Positions 45,842 to 55,223 of a DNA stretch of 64,000 nucleotides are shown one piece after another. Numbering within the stretch: the first letter of the stretch is position 1; the number at the start of each line of letters is the position of its first letter. A program made the translations under genes and the position numbers. Origin of the DNA: a virus (Duplodnaviria > Caudoviricetes); the IMG/VR virus record IMGVR_UViG_3300047160_001275, positions 1 to 64,000 of that record; one strand, 5' to 3'. Under the pieces are notes generated by a model. The model did not search any database. It had not been told where the DNA came from and saw only the letters and a list, made by a program, of their open reading frames with translations.

Positions 45842-47020
45842 CTAGACAATCTGCGCTTCTCTTTCTTCCTGCCTCGCCGAGGCTCGTTTCACGCGCGGCT
45901 TGCGCTGCGCGCCAGAGCGTTCCTCTCCGCAGGCTGTCGCCGCAGAGCTTGCGGCGTAGAGTGAGAGATTGACCGCCGCGTTGACGTCGCGGTCAGCCTC
46001 GAAACCGCAATCGGCGCACTCAAAAATCTCTGCGCCGCGAGCCAACGTCGCCTTGACGACGCCGCAGCAAGAACAGGTCTTGCTCGATGGATACCAGCGG
46101 TCGACCATCACCATGGTCGAGCCGTAGAGCTTGGTCTTGTAGTCCAACTGGCGGCGGAACTCGTGAAAGCCGCCGTCCATAACCGAACGCGCGATGTTGC
46201 CGCTCGCCATGCCGCGCACGTTGAGGTCCTCGACGCCGATCGCCTGATAGGTCTTGGCCAACCGAGTGGTCAGTTTGTGGGTTGCGTCGCGCCGGATGTT
46301 GGCGATACGAGCGTGCAGGCGCGCCAGACGACGCTTGGCCTTCCTGAAATTGGCCGAGCCGCGCCGCTTGTGGGCGAGCGCTTTGTTGGCGCGACGAAGC
46401 CGTTTCAGCGCCGCCTTGTGCGCCTTCGGCCCTTCGATCTTCTCTCCGGTCGACAGCGTCGCCAGCGTGCGGCAGCCGAGATCGACGCCGACGACGGCTT
46501 CCGGCTGCTCGACTGGCTGGATGTCGTCCGTCTCGATCATGATCGAGGCGAACCAACGGTCGGCCTCGCGCGCCACCGTGACGCGCTTTAGAGCGCCGCT
46601 GAAGCGGACGCTCTCGCGCATTCTGACCCAGCCGATCACCGGGAGCTTGATCTTTTCGCCGTCGCAACGGAACGTCCCGACCTCGTTGGCGGCGCAGAAC
46701 GACGCCTTGCCGTCCTTGCGCTTGAACTGGGGATACTTGCCGCGCTTGGCGAAGAACGCCTTGAACGCCATGCCGACGTCGATCACGGCCTCCTGCGCAG
46801 CACACTTGGTGACGTCGAAATACCAAGGGAATTGTTCACGCTTGAGCGCGTTCAATTGCCGCCGCAATGAGACTTCGGACGGTTTCAAGCCGAGCGCGTA
46901 CTGACGCTTCCATTCGCCCAAGGCCCAATTGTAGGCGTGGCGAGCCGTTCCGGCAGCACGAGCGAAATAGACTTCCTGTTCTGCGTTAGGTGCAAGTGCG
47001 ATCTTATGCGCCAACAGCAT
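45842..47020 (-). CDS. tnpB: TnpB RNA-guided endonuclease
   Basis: HKIAL.PN.EQ..YF.RAAG.AR.AYNWAL; RuvC D (GVDLG), E (VEDLNV), D (DRDVNAA); SSKTCSCCG...C..CG Zn finger. Confidence 0.93.
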   Translation of the reverse strand: MLLAHKIALAPNAEQEVYFARAAGTARHAYNWALGEWKRQYALGLKPSEVSLRRQLNALKREQFPWYFDVTKCAAQEAVIDVGMAFKAFFAKRGKYPQFKRKDGKASFCAANEVGTFRCDGEKIKLPVIGWVRMRESVRFSGALKRVTVAREADRWFASIMIETDDIQPVEQPEAVVGVDLGCRTLATLSTGEKIEGPKAHKAALKRLRRANKALAHKRRGSANFRKAKRRLARLHARIANIRRDATHKLTTRLAKTYQAIGVEDLNVRGMASGNIARSVMDGGFHEFRRQLDYKTKLYGSTMVMVDRWYPSSKTCSCCGVVKATLARGAEIFECADCGFEADRDVNAAVNLSLYAASSAATACGEERSGAQRKPRVKRASARQEEREAQIV

Positions 47021-47231
47021 GGCCGTTCGCTTCGCTGAAAGCCTCGATCAATTTCTTGGTCTTGTGGGAGCGCGCCCCATAGAGCCGCGCCGAGAACACC
47101 GTGATGATCTCCAGCACGTTGGCGGCGAGGAACAGGTTCCAGACCGCGCGGCATTGCCCGCCGATCCGCGCCACAGCGCCAAGCCCGCCGCCATAGAGCC
47201 GTCCCTTCGCCGCTTGCATGACGGTGGTCAT
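47004..47231 (-). pseudogene. chimeric relic: TnpB N-terminal fragment fused in frame to IS607 TnpA C-terminal fragment
   Basis: K.RLY...ARIGGQCRAVWNLFLA (TnpB HTH-like) joined to VLEIITVFSARLYGARSHK.KKLI (IS607 serine recombinase C-terminus). Confidence 0.7.
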
Positions 47232-47257
47232 GCGAACAACTCGCGCAAGCGGAGCTA

Positions 47258-47647
47258 TTAGCGACGAAGTGAGAGCTTCCAGAACACCAGAGTGCCCGCT
47301 GGCTTGATCGGCTCTGGGCGGACGATGATGCGCAGGTTCTCATCCTCGACCGGGACATCTCCGAGCGGCTGCAAGAACGTAATCAGCCGGTCGAGGTCGT
47401 GATCAGGCGGCGGATTGATCGGGGCCAGAAGCGCCATCCTGACCAAGGGATCGGCGAGGCCGCCCATCATCTCGCGCGCGTTCCAGCGGCGCAGGAACAC
47501 CCTGACCCAGCGGTCCTGGGCGTTGAGTTGGCCGCCCCGACGCAGGATCGCAGGCTGTCCGTGCTGGGCGATGATCGCCGCGCATTGCTGCGACAAAGCC
47601 CAGTAGTTGAACGGCGCGGCGGGGTGGGGGATCGGCAGCGGGATCAT
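47258..47647 (-). CDS. head closure/head-tail joining protein
   Basis: Position after adaptor; I..HGQ.AILRR pattern. Confidence 0.6.
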   Translation of the reverse strand: MIPLPIPHPAAPFNYWALSQQCAAIIAQHGQPAILRRGGQLNAQDRWVRVFLRRWNAREMMGGLADPLVRMALLAPINPPPDHDLDRLITFLQPLGDVPVEDENLRIIVRPEPIKPAGTLVFWKLSLRR

Positions 47648-48018
47648 ACCAGGCCTACCGCCGGGATCTTGAGCGAGCAGATCTCAAGGAACCGCACGCC
47701 GAACGGAGTGGTGGCGAGGTCGGTGTGATCGGCCAGGGTGGGCGGCGGCACCGTCTCGTAGCTGTAGGAGATCTCGCCGCCGACGCTGACCGAGCGCAGC
47801 ACCTGCCCCGCCCCCCCGGCCAGGGTCTGCATCGCCCGCATGACGATGTGGGCGACATAATAGAGGAACGCCATCAGATACCAGTCATCGAACACCGACG
47901 GGTCGACCGAGAGGTTGGCCTCCTCGATCGCGAACTCGATCAGGGCGTCCTCGACATTGCGAAAGACGGGGAAGCGGATCTTGACCGAGGCTGCGGTGAT
48001 GGCGTTCGGCAGACTCAT
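47644..48018 (-). CDS. DUF4054-like head-tail adaptor
   Basis: RFP.F..V.D..I...I.EA...LYY.AH...S.SVGGE.SYSY...L..TP.G..FL. Confidence 0.75.
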   Translation of the reverse strand: MSLPNAITAASVKIRFPVFRNVEDALIEFAIEEANLSVDPSVFDDWYLMAFLYYVAHIVMRAMQTLAGGAGQVLRSVSVGGEISYSYETVPPPTLADHTDLATTPFGVRFLEICSLKIPAVGLV

Positions 48019-48054
48019 GGCGTCGTCTCCATGATTCGGGAACAAAGCGCCGCG

Positions 48055-49023
48055 TCATTCCACATTATACGGAGGGCCGCCTTTGTATGGATGTCCTGCC
48101 GGAAGGTTAGCTTGCATCCCCCACTTCCAAGCGAGGTAGCCTTCGAGCTTCTGGCGGTCGGCGGTTGTAACGCCAGCGCATGCTATCGCTTCGCCATAAG
48201 TGCCGGAAGTAAACGGATGCCCATAGGCCGTGCCAAACCGAACCTGATCGCCAGTGGACCCGTAAGAAGTTGCGCCAGCTGGCTGGCTATTCGTGACAAC
48301 TGTTCCATTGTTACTTTCAACCAGCGCATCGCTCGGACGATCATAATTGCGGATAAACACAACTGGGGTAGTCGTTTGCGGAAATGCTGAGCCTAATGCT
48401 GCTTGCGTGGACCCATCTCCGATATAAACCCCCCCGCTTTCATCGTATATTGGGTCAGCGTTGTACGGAGAGGCAGACAACACTTGGGAAAACAATCCAC
48501 CATGAAAATTGACGGTGTTTGCCGTAACCACATAGGCGCAGCTTACGGCAGTGGGGAATTGGCCAGTGGGAATAGATAATTGCAAGTAATTGTTCGTTCC
48601 ATTGAACGTCAGCGCCGGATAGCCGTTCAGCCCCGTTGCATTATAGGTTGGCTGGTAAGCGGCAGTCCCCTGCACGGCGTTGTAGCCATGCCCGCTCTGA
48701 TCGTTCCATTGCGATACAGTCAAACCATTGAGGATAATGCTCGATGTATTTTGTGCGTCGTACCAAGCAACGAGGTTAGACATGAGGGCAGGTGTCCAAG
48801 CCGCTGCAAAATGCTCATAGTCCCACAACGCCCTAACCGGATCGAGATAGGCGGCCTTGGAGAACACCGGCTGACCGAGCGCCGCCTCGATGTGCCTCAT
48901 GGCGTCGACTGGGTCCAGATAGGTGTGCGGCGGGAACAGCATCGGACTGTTCAACTGGATCGCAATCTGTCTCATCGTCAGCGCCGGATCGAGATAGCTA
49001 TATTGGGTGAACGGAACGATCAT
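48055..49023 (-). CDS. LamG/ConA-like fibre-tip protein, AT-richer than flanks
   Basis: Three N-terminal YLDP repeats; LVAWYDA...VSQWNDQSG.G..A.Q.T...QPTY; EGYLAWKWG. Confidence 0.65.
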   Translation of the reverse strand: MIVPFTQYSYLDPALTMRQIAIQLNSPMLFPPHTYLDPVDAMRHIEAALGQPVFSKAAYLDPVRALWDYEHFAAAWTPALMSNLVAWYDAQNTSSIILNGLTVSQWNDQSGHGYNAVQGTAAYQPTYNATGLNGYPALTFNGTNNYLQLSIPTGQFPTAVSCAYVVTANTVNFHGGLFSQVLSASPYNADPIYDESGGVYIGDGSTQAALGSAFPQTTTPVVFIRNYDRPSDALVESNNGTVVTNSQPAGATSYGSTGDQVRFGTAYGHPFTSGTYGEAIACAGVTTADRQKLEGYLAWKWGMQANLPAGHPYKGGPPYNVE

Positions 49024-49030
49024 GGCCGCC

Positions 49031-49396
49031 TCACGCGATCATCGCCAAGGTGACCGCCATCATCCCTTGCGTCACCGTGGCGCGGTTGCCGTTGACGTCT
49101 TGGATCGCGGCCTCGTGGTAATAGTTGCCGGGCGGCAGGCTGATCGTGTCTGCGCTCGCCAAGTGAACGATGAACTGGAGCGGCGACGGCAGGATGGTGA
49201 TCTGGCCGAGGGCCGTGCTCGCCTTCAGGATCACCTCGCCGCCCGAGGCGAGGCTGGTCGGCACGGCGAAGTTCTGCTCGAACGCCGCCCAGGTCACCGT
49301 CGCGCCGGTAAGCGAGATCTGATCGGTCGGGTCGAGGTTGAAGACGACGTCCATGTCATCCCCCTGCGGGACGCTGAAGTCCTGAATGGCGGGCAT
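49031..49396 (-). CDS. BppU-N-like/Ig-like fibre adaptor
   Basis: V.QGDD..VVF....ISLTGATV.W...L...DT..LPPG.YYHE..I.D..G...TV..G. Confidence 0.55.
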   Translation of the reverse strand: MPAIQDFSVPQGDDMDVVFNLDPTDQISLTGATVTWAAFEQNFAVPTSLASGGEVILKASTALGQITILPSPLQFIVHLASADTISLPPGNYYHEAAIQDVNGNRATVTQGMMAVTLAMIA

Positions 49397-49403
49397 TGAA
49401 GCC

Positions 49404-51203
49404 TCAGATGGCTGAGATCGATGGCCGGTCGCGATCGGCGCGCAGGCCGACGGGGGCGCGTGAGGCGGCGACGAACGCCATGTCGCGGTCGGCGCTGACC
49501 GAGATCCGGCGCGCGTTGACGCCCGTGCGGTGCTGAGTCGCGCTGATCAGATCGGGGGCGATGGCTGCTTCCGCCGCCGCGATCACCCCGCGCCATGTCG
49601 CTCTAGGCAAGTCGCTGGCGGAGGCCGCCTCGATCAGAGCCTGATGGTGGTTGGCGACGGCGGATGGCGCGTCGATGGCGAGAGCGTGCTCGTCGCCGCG
49701 CTCCAGCCATACCGGCGGCGGCGGAATGGCGAACAGGTCGATGGCGCGGGCGGTGTCGGCGACCAGCGCGTTAATGACCCGCTGCGCCGACACCACGTCG
49801 CCTGCAACGGACCCCTCGACTACCGATGGGTTGATGGTCCTCGTCGCCAGCGGAGATCCAGAGGCCGCCGCAAGCTCATTGACCACAACGGCGTGCTTGG
49901 CCGCAGTCGTCGGCTGATCGATCGCCGACGCCATCTCGACCAGGGCGGGACGCCATGCCGACGGGCTGATTTGCGGATGGTCGATGGCCGCCGCCGCCTC
50001 GGCCGCCATGCCCGTGAAACCAGCGATGAGCAGCGAATGGTCGATGGCCGCCGCCGTCGCGCTCAAGCCCGCCACGCCCTTGAAGCCGCCCGTCGGGTGG
50101 TCGATGGCTGAGGCTGGCGCAGTCAGAGCGGCGACGAAGCTCGCCTTGAGCGATTGCACCGACCCCGCGACCGCCGCCTCGGTGAAGCTGACCGGCCACG
50201 TCGGGCCGGTGGGGAGCAGCGCCGCGATCCCTTCCTCGCGTTTGTGCTCGATCCTGAGCGCCCGCGCCTTGCCCGTGCGTGCGCCGAAGAACTTGGGAGC
50301 CTTCTTGTCCTTGCCGGTCTGGCTGCCCTTGCCGGTGGTGGCGGGAGGCGGCGGCACGTAGACCGGCGGCCCCGACGTCTCGATCAACGCGGCGCCAGGC
50401 AGGAACGAGTTGACCGACTGGGTCTGGCTGAGGGCGACGATCCCGAAGCTCGGAGCGCCCGGCGTCACCACGCTCTGGCTCTTGGACGGCGCTCCGACCA
50501 CGTTGACCGAAGCCCACACTTCGACCGCGCACTGGGTCACCTGCATTCGCGGCGGTTGTGGCGCTGCCCAGATCTCGGTCGCCGCCTGGGTCACCTGCAT
50601 CTGGGTCGGCGGGGGGACAATCGAGTCCCATGACGAAAAGCCGCTTGGAACCGGGTAGGCGAACGCCGTCGCGCCGAAGTTCGCTACGACTGCGCTGCCG
50701 GAAAGGAAGGAAGCAAAAAACGGATATGCGCTCTGCCCACTGAAACCTGCGCCAGAAAGGCTTATGCCCCCGGTGTTGGTCGCCGGATTAGCGGCGCCCG
50801 AATTATTCCAGTTGCCGCCGTTGATCCGCGCCCAGAAGGTCAGGTTGACGAGATCGACGGCGATGGAGACGACTTGCCCCGTAGCGAGAGTTACGCTCAC
50901 AGCCCCAACGATGGCGTTGTTGCTGACGATGTTGCTGGGCGGCTGAACTAAGCAAGAATGCAGGCAATTCTGGGTGTTCAGGATTTGGGCCGCCGTTGCG
51001 ACGCCAATGTCGATGATCGCGCCGCCGCTGCCGCCACTGCCAAGCGTCAAAGTCGCTTCAAAATAATATTTGCCCGCAGCGGCGGCAGCGGCGGGGTAGC
51101 CCCGAACGCCGCTGTCGGTCGAACTCGACATCGTCGCTGTCAGGTTGAAGTTGCTGAGAACGACACCGCCAGATAAATCAGCCGAGTTCCAAGTCGCAGT
51201 CAC
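49404..51203 (-). CDS. fibre protein: SPRY-like N-domain plus C-terminal EAAxAxD repeats
   Basis: WNSAD...VVLSNFNLTA...GKYYFE...ANPATNTGGIS...ANFGATAFAY; repeats AEAAAAIDH, EMASAIDQ, EHALAID, EAASASD. Confidence 0.65.
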   Translation of the reverse strand: MTATWNSADLSGGVVLSNFNLTATMSSSTDSGVRGYPAAAAAAGKYYFEATLTLGSGGSGGAIIDIGVATAAQILNTQNCLHSCLVQPPSNIVSNNAIVGAVSVTLATGQVVSIAVDLVNLTFWARINGGNWNNSGAANPATNTGGISLSGAGFSGQSAYPFFASFLSGSAVVANFGATAFAYPVPSGFSSWDSIVPPPTQMQVTQAATEIWAAPQPPRMQVTQCAVEVWASVNVVGAPSKSQSVVTPGAPSFGIVALSQTQSVNSFLPGAALIETSGPPVYVPPPPATTGKGSQTGKDKKAPKFFGARTGKARALRIEHKREEGIAALLPTGPTWPVSFTEAAVAGSVQSLKASFVAALTAPASAIDHPTGGFKGVAGLSATAAAIDHSLLIAGFTGMAAEAAAAIDHPQISPSAWRPALVEMASAIDQPTTAAKHAVVVNELAAASGSPLATRTINPSVVEGSVAGDVVSAQRVINALVADTARAIDLFAIPPPPVWLERGDEHALAIDAPSAVANHHQALIEAASASDLPRATWRGVIAAAEAAIAPDLISATQHRTGVNARRISVSADRDMAFVAASRAPVGLRADRDRPSISAI

Positions 51204-52726
51204 GTCAACACCTTAGGCCCGACCTGGAGGCTATTGACTGCGGACGCGGTCCACCCCGCCCCAGTGTTCGGGTCGTTAAGATAAGCGCCCCACACCCACC
51301 CAAAGGAGGTGTTCAACAAAGTCTGCCCGTTGGGGGCCTGGACTGTCGTCGCGCTGCTCTTCAATTGCACCGTTCCAGTGCGCGAGCCCGCATCGCCCTT
51401 CTGCGCGAACCCACGGGCAGTGACGCCAATAATGGAGGCGGGTGTGAACCCTAGCGGGGCGACGCCATAGAAGTCGGCGTCGCCGGGGGTCGAGTCGTAA
51501 ACAAGAGTCGTCGCGCCGTCTTGCTGCGGCTCGCTGCAAAGAAAGGCGTTTAACGGCGTGAGCATGGCCGCAAGCTCGCTGCCGAGCACGTTTGGGGCTT
51601 GCAGAATCGCGCTGGCCCCTGTCGATGGCAACGACCCGGTGTACGTGTAGCTCTGGCGATAAACGCCGGGGTCAGTGGCGGCGCCGTAGACGCTGATCGA
51701 CACGTTCCCGTTGAGCGCGACAAAGTATTTCGTCCCCACCGTGATCGTCGGCGGGGTCGCGAACGTGAAGATGTTGTTGCCGATAATCCCGTTCACGAGG
51801 ACCGAGGTCGTGCCGTTCGTGAGGAGATTGCCCGGCCCGCCGCCAGTCCCGGTCGCATCATAAAGGCCGCAAACCGCATTTCCCGTGAAACCGGCGGACG
51901 AGCGGATGATGATCGATTGGACGGGGCCGAAGATCCCGACCGGCGCGGTGAAGGGCATGAATTGAAGGACGTTCCCGGCCGGGCCGGTCGCATTGCTTTG
52001 CGGCGGGGTCAACTGGAACTGGAGCGAAGACGGAGACTTGCTGAATTGCACGCCCTGATCGCTAACCGGCATCCGCGTGTAACAGCGGATGTCGCCCACC
52101 CATGGAACCGAGGACGGATCGGAGCGCCAGAGAAGGTCGTCCATCACTGGGCCGACGGGGAAGCCGTTGTAGCCAACCACAAGCTTACTGGCGTAATTGT
52201 TCGTGCTGCCAGCCCGCGTGTTCAATCCGGTCGCCGAAAAGCTGTTGGCGGTCGCGCCGTTGGTCCTAACCGCGAACGAACCCGTGGCGTTATTGACAAC
52301 CACCTCGAACTCGAACGCGTACCACGTGCTGGCTATCGGGATCGCGTTGGCGTAAGTCGCCAGCGTCGCGCCGCCGATGCTGCCGGATTGGAGCAGCACC
52401 GTGCCGTCCAGCCGAAAGTAGACCGTGCATTGGTTGGTCGCGCCGTCGGCGAAGGTAAAGTATGGCCCGGCGCCGGTGTTCCCGTAATTCTGGTTTATGT
52501 TGATGGCGACGACAACGTGGTGAACCGCATCGTTGGCTCCGCTTGATTTTGTGAAGCATGTCCCTCCGTTGTTGCCAAAGTACCAACCCCGCCCGACGCC
52601 AAACCGCGTCGTGGCGCTAACACCTCCGTTGTTGCCGCCTGCGCTTCCTGAGTCCCAGTATGCTGCGGCGGCGTCCGCAGTCGCCGCATAAAGGTCGAAT
52701 CCGTCCCCGAACATCTGCATGGTCAA
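51200..52726 (-). CDS. fibre/virion structural protein
   Basis: 508 aa, Gly/Thr/Ser/Asn-rich beta composition; WYAFEFEV..NN..G...VR.NG; ends DPNTGAGWT..AVNSLQVG. Confidence 0.65.
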   Translation of the reverse strand: MTMQMFGDGFDLYAATADAAAAYWDSGSAGGNNGGVSATTRFGVGRGWYFGNNGGTCFTKSSGANDAVHHVVVAININQNYGNTGAGPYFTFADGATNQCTVYFRLDGTVLLQSGSIGGATLATYANAIPIASTWYAFEFEVVVNNATGSFAVRTNGATANSFSATGLNTRAGSTNNYASKLVVGYNGFPVGPVMDDLLWRSDPSSVPWVGDIRCYTRMPVSDQGVQFSKSPSSLQFQLTPPQSNATGPAGNVLQFMPFTAPVGIFGPVQSIIIRSSAGFTGNAVCGLYDATGTGGGPGNLLTNGTTSVLVNGIIGNNIFTFATPPTITVGTKYFVALNGNVSISVYGAATDPGVYRQSYTYTGSLPSTGASAILQAPNVLGSELAAMLTPLNAFLCSEPQQDGATTLVYDSTPGDADFYGVAPLGFTPASIIGVTARGFAQKGDAGSRTGTVQLKSSATTVQAPNGQTLLNTSFGWVWGAYLNDPNTGAGWTASAVNSLQVGPKVLT

Positions 52727-52732
52727 CCAAAC

Positions 52733-54670
52733 CTAATAGATTCCTGGGTCGAGGTAATAAACCATCGAGGGCCGGGAAAATTTCGGGTAACAATAGAGAT
52801 ACCCGGCCAGTCCAGGCTGCGGCGACGACAGGGTGAGCGTCATCGAAAACCGGCAGCCCGCCCTGAAGGTCGCGGCGCCGTCGGTCACCGGGACGCCGTC
52901 GACCGCCGACGCATAGCCCGGCTCGCTCGACGCGCTGGTCCCCGCCGTGATGCAGAAGAACACGCGCCCCGGATTGCTCGCCGTCTTGATGACCTGCCCC
53001 ACGGTGTAGGCGGTCGAGTTGGCCCTCAGCGGCGCGCCCGTGTCCCAGGCCGAGCCGTCGGCGGGCAGGGCCGTTGGCGACGCCAGCGACAGCACCCCGC
53101 CGCGCGCGTAGGAGGATTGCGGGGTCGAGGACGAGCCGAGGTACTCGACGTCGAACCACGCCTCGGCGTTGGTCGGCACCCGCGTGTCGTTGGCCACGCC
53201 GAAGATCGAGACGTTGCGGTTGGCCCCAGTGACCGTGTTCCAGACCGCCAGCGGGATGGCGTTGTAGACAGACATCCAGTTGACGGCGTTGGCGCTGGTG
53301 GCGACCTGATGCGAAACCGCGACCCCGCCGTCGGCCGCCCCGCCCGTGCGGACGACCGTGGTCGACGTCGTCTCTGTGGCGAGACTGGTGTGCCGTTCGT
53401 TGCGGTAGGCGGCGCCGCCGCTGTCGCAGCGGTTGAGGTCGATCACCAGACTGTCGGGCATAGCGGAGTCGCCGCCCCGATAGACGCTGGCCATGGTGGA
53501 TGAGAGCTTGCAATCCTTGAACACGATGTAGCCAAAGGGCACGCTGGCGTCGTAGTTGTTCGGCCCGACCAAAGGGGTGCTGCTGACCACGTTGGTGCTG
53601 AGGTCACAGCCCTCGATGACGGCGTTCACCTGCTGACTGCTGCCGCCGAATATCTCGTTGGCGGAGCCGCCGATTGATCCGGTGATCGAACACCCCTCCA
53701 GCCTGACCGAGCCGAACAGCGTGAACACGTGCCCCGCATTGCCCAAACACTGCAAGCTGCAATTCCTGAACGTGATCAACCCGCCGCAATTGTTCTGGTC
53801 GCCGAGGCCGTAATTGTATGGATTCGTGTTGGCGGAGCCCGATCCAACGACACACTGCTCAAATATGACGCGCGATCCCTGCGCGTTCCCGACCGACCCG
53901 TTGTTTCCGCCGCAATATGCGGTCACCCCGTAAACGTAACTGTTAAACGCTCCGGTTGCTGTGCTGTACCAAAACGGCGTCCCATTGTTGGAATAAAATG
54001 TCGCCCCCGGTTTCAAATTGGCGGACGTCAATGGGAACGCCGCCGTATGATCGACAGAGAGCAGTCGCGTGGTTAGCCCATACGCCCAAGTCGTGGTCCA
54101 AGGCCCTTCGTTATGATCGTCGCCGACAAATATCGTTACGCCATTATTTCGCGTCCAAGTGAACTGGAAAACATTGTTCAAGCTATTGATCGGAGCCGCC
54201 CAGCGCGCCGTGAAAGCGCTGATCGCGCCGACGCAGGTCCAGACCGCGCTGGCGTCTGTCGTCGTCGATCCGGCGGTCGTGTTCCAGGCTGGCTCGGCCC
54301 CCGTGCCGCCAGCCCCGGCTGTGGTGCAGATGAAATAAGATGTCGCCGCGACGTTCTTGATGAACTGCCCGAGCGCCGGGGTCTGGCTCGCCAGCCAGGA
54401 GTTGCTGTTGGCGCTGTCGCCGTTCGGCGCAGGCTGAGCCGAGCATTCCTGCCACACCGGGCCACCCGTCTCGGTGGTCTTTGCTCCCTGCCCCGTGCTC
54501 CAAGTCGGCTCAGTCGAGAGCGACGTTCCGGCCGTGATGCAGATGTTGCAGCGGTTCGACGCAGATCCGCGAACAATCTGCCCGACCGTATAGGCGTGAG
54601 TCGCCGCCCATGCCGCGACCGCAGTGTAGGCGACCGAATCGATGTAGATCGCGCTTTCGGTGTAAGCCAC
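52733..54670 (-). CDS. fibre protein with three CBM5/12-like repeats and a beta-helix-like core
   Basis: Repeats W.A..AYTVGQ...C.TAGTS..EP.W...TT....W.C; AT-richer central segment. Confidence 0.65.
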   Translation of the reverse strand: MAYTESAIYIDSVAYTAVAAWAATHAYTVGQIVRGSASNRCNICITAGTSLSTEPTWSTGQGAKTTETGGPVWQECSAQPAPNGDSANSNSWLASQTPALGQFIKNVAATSYFICTTAGAGGTGAEPAWNTTAGSTTTDASAVWTCVGAISAFTARWAAPINSLNNVFQFTWTRNNGVTIFVGDDHNEGPWTTTWAYGLTTRLLSVDHTAAFPLTSANLKPGATFYSNNGTPFWYSTATGAFNSYVYGVTAYCGGNNGSVGNAQGSRVIFEQCVVGSGSANTNPYNYGLGDQNNCGGLITFRNCSLQCLGNAGHVFTLFGSVRLEGCSITGSIGGSANEIFGGSSQQVNAVIEGCDLSTNVVSSTPLVGPNNYDASVPFGYIVFKDCKLSSTMASVYRGGDSAMPDSLVIDLNRCDSGGAAYRNERHTSLATETTSTTVVRTGGAADGGVAVSHQVATSANAVNWMSVYNAIPLAVWNTVTGANRNVSIFGVANDTRVPTNAEAWFDVEYLGSSSTPQSSYARGGVLSLASPTALPADGSAWDTGAPLRANSTAYTVGQVIKTASNPGRVFFCITAGTSASSEPGYASAVDGVPVTDGAATFRAGCRFSMTLTLSSPQPGLAGYLYCYPKFSRPSMVYYLDPGIY

Positions 54671-54672
54671 GG

Positions 54673-55143
54673 CTAGCCGCCGATTTCCTCGAACGTCACC
54701 CCGCCGCTGAGATGCACAGCGGGCGAGAAGGCGGTCAGAAGCTCGAACACGTAAGCCGCGCCCGCCGGGATGACGTAAGGCTCGTCCAGGGCGTCGTCAT
54801 AGCCGTTGTAGAGATGCGCCCCGTCCTCCCACAGGATCACCGCCGTCGCCGAGGTGGTCGCCTTGGCGGTCGAGTTGCAGCGAATGGTGGCGGTGGTCAG
54901 CGGATCGCCGGGGTCGAGCGATCCGACCTGCGGCGTCGAGCCGCCGCTGCCATGAGTCACCGTGGCGGGCAGGTAGCGTTCCCTGAGCGCGAACATCTGC
55001 GCCGCCGGGATGTTGTTGTCGGTGCAGCCCACCCACCGATGCAACACCCTGATCATCCTGGGCGCGACCGGCGAGATCTCGACGAGGTCCGTGAAGGTCG
55101 AGCAGGCGATCTGTTCGAACGTCACGCGGCCGATGCGGCTCAT
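54673..55143 (-). CDS. structural hypothetical protein
   Basis: Co-oriented ORF in the fibre cluster. Confidence 0.6.
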   Translation of the reverse strand: MSRIGRVTFEQIACSTFTDLVEISPVAPRMIRVLHRWVGCTDNNIPAAQMFALRERYLPATVTHGSGGSTPQVGSLDPGDPLTTATIRCNSTAKATTSATAVILWEDGAHLYNGYDDALDEPYVIPAGAAYVFELLTAFSPAVHLSGGVTFEEIGG

Positions 55144-55223
55144 GAGCGATAAATCCTGTTATGGATGATGTTCTGGATTGTCCGATTAGTCAGCGGTAAG
55201 TAATTGATATTATAAATAAAATT

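Larger units (their letters stand above)
45818..47231 (-). mobile_element. degenerate IS607-family element (tnpA deleted, tnpB intact) apparently nested in an older tnpB
   Basis: tnpA C-terminal fragment plus full tnpB; right end GCGCAGATTGTCTAGATCAGCGCAGATTTTTCAGAGCGG with repeated GCGCAGATT and terminal GG at 45818-45819. Confidence 0.7.

Noticed and set aside
45818-47257. IStron (group I intron-IS hybrid)
   Set aside because: Only ~26 nt separate the upstream gene from the relic ORF, leaving no room for a ribozyme, and the flanks do not rejoin into an ORF
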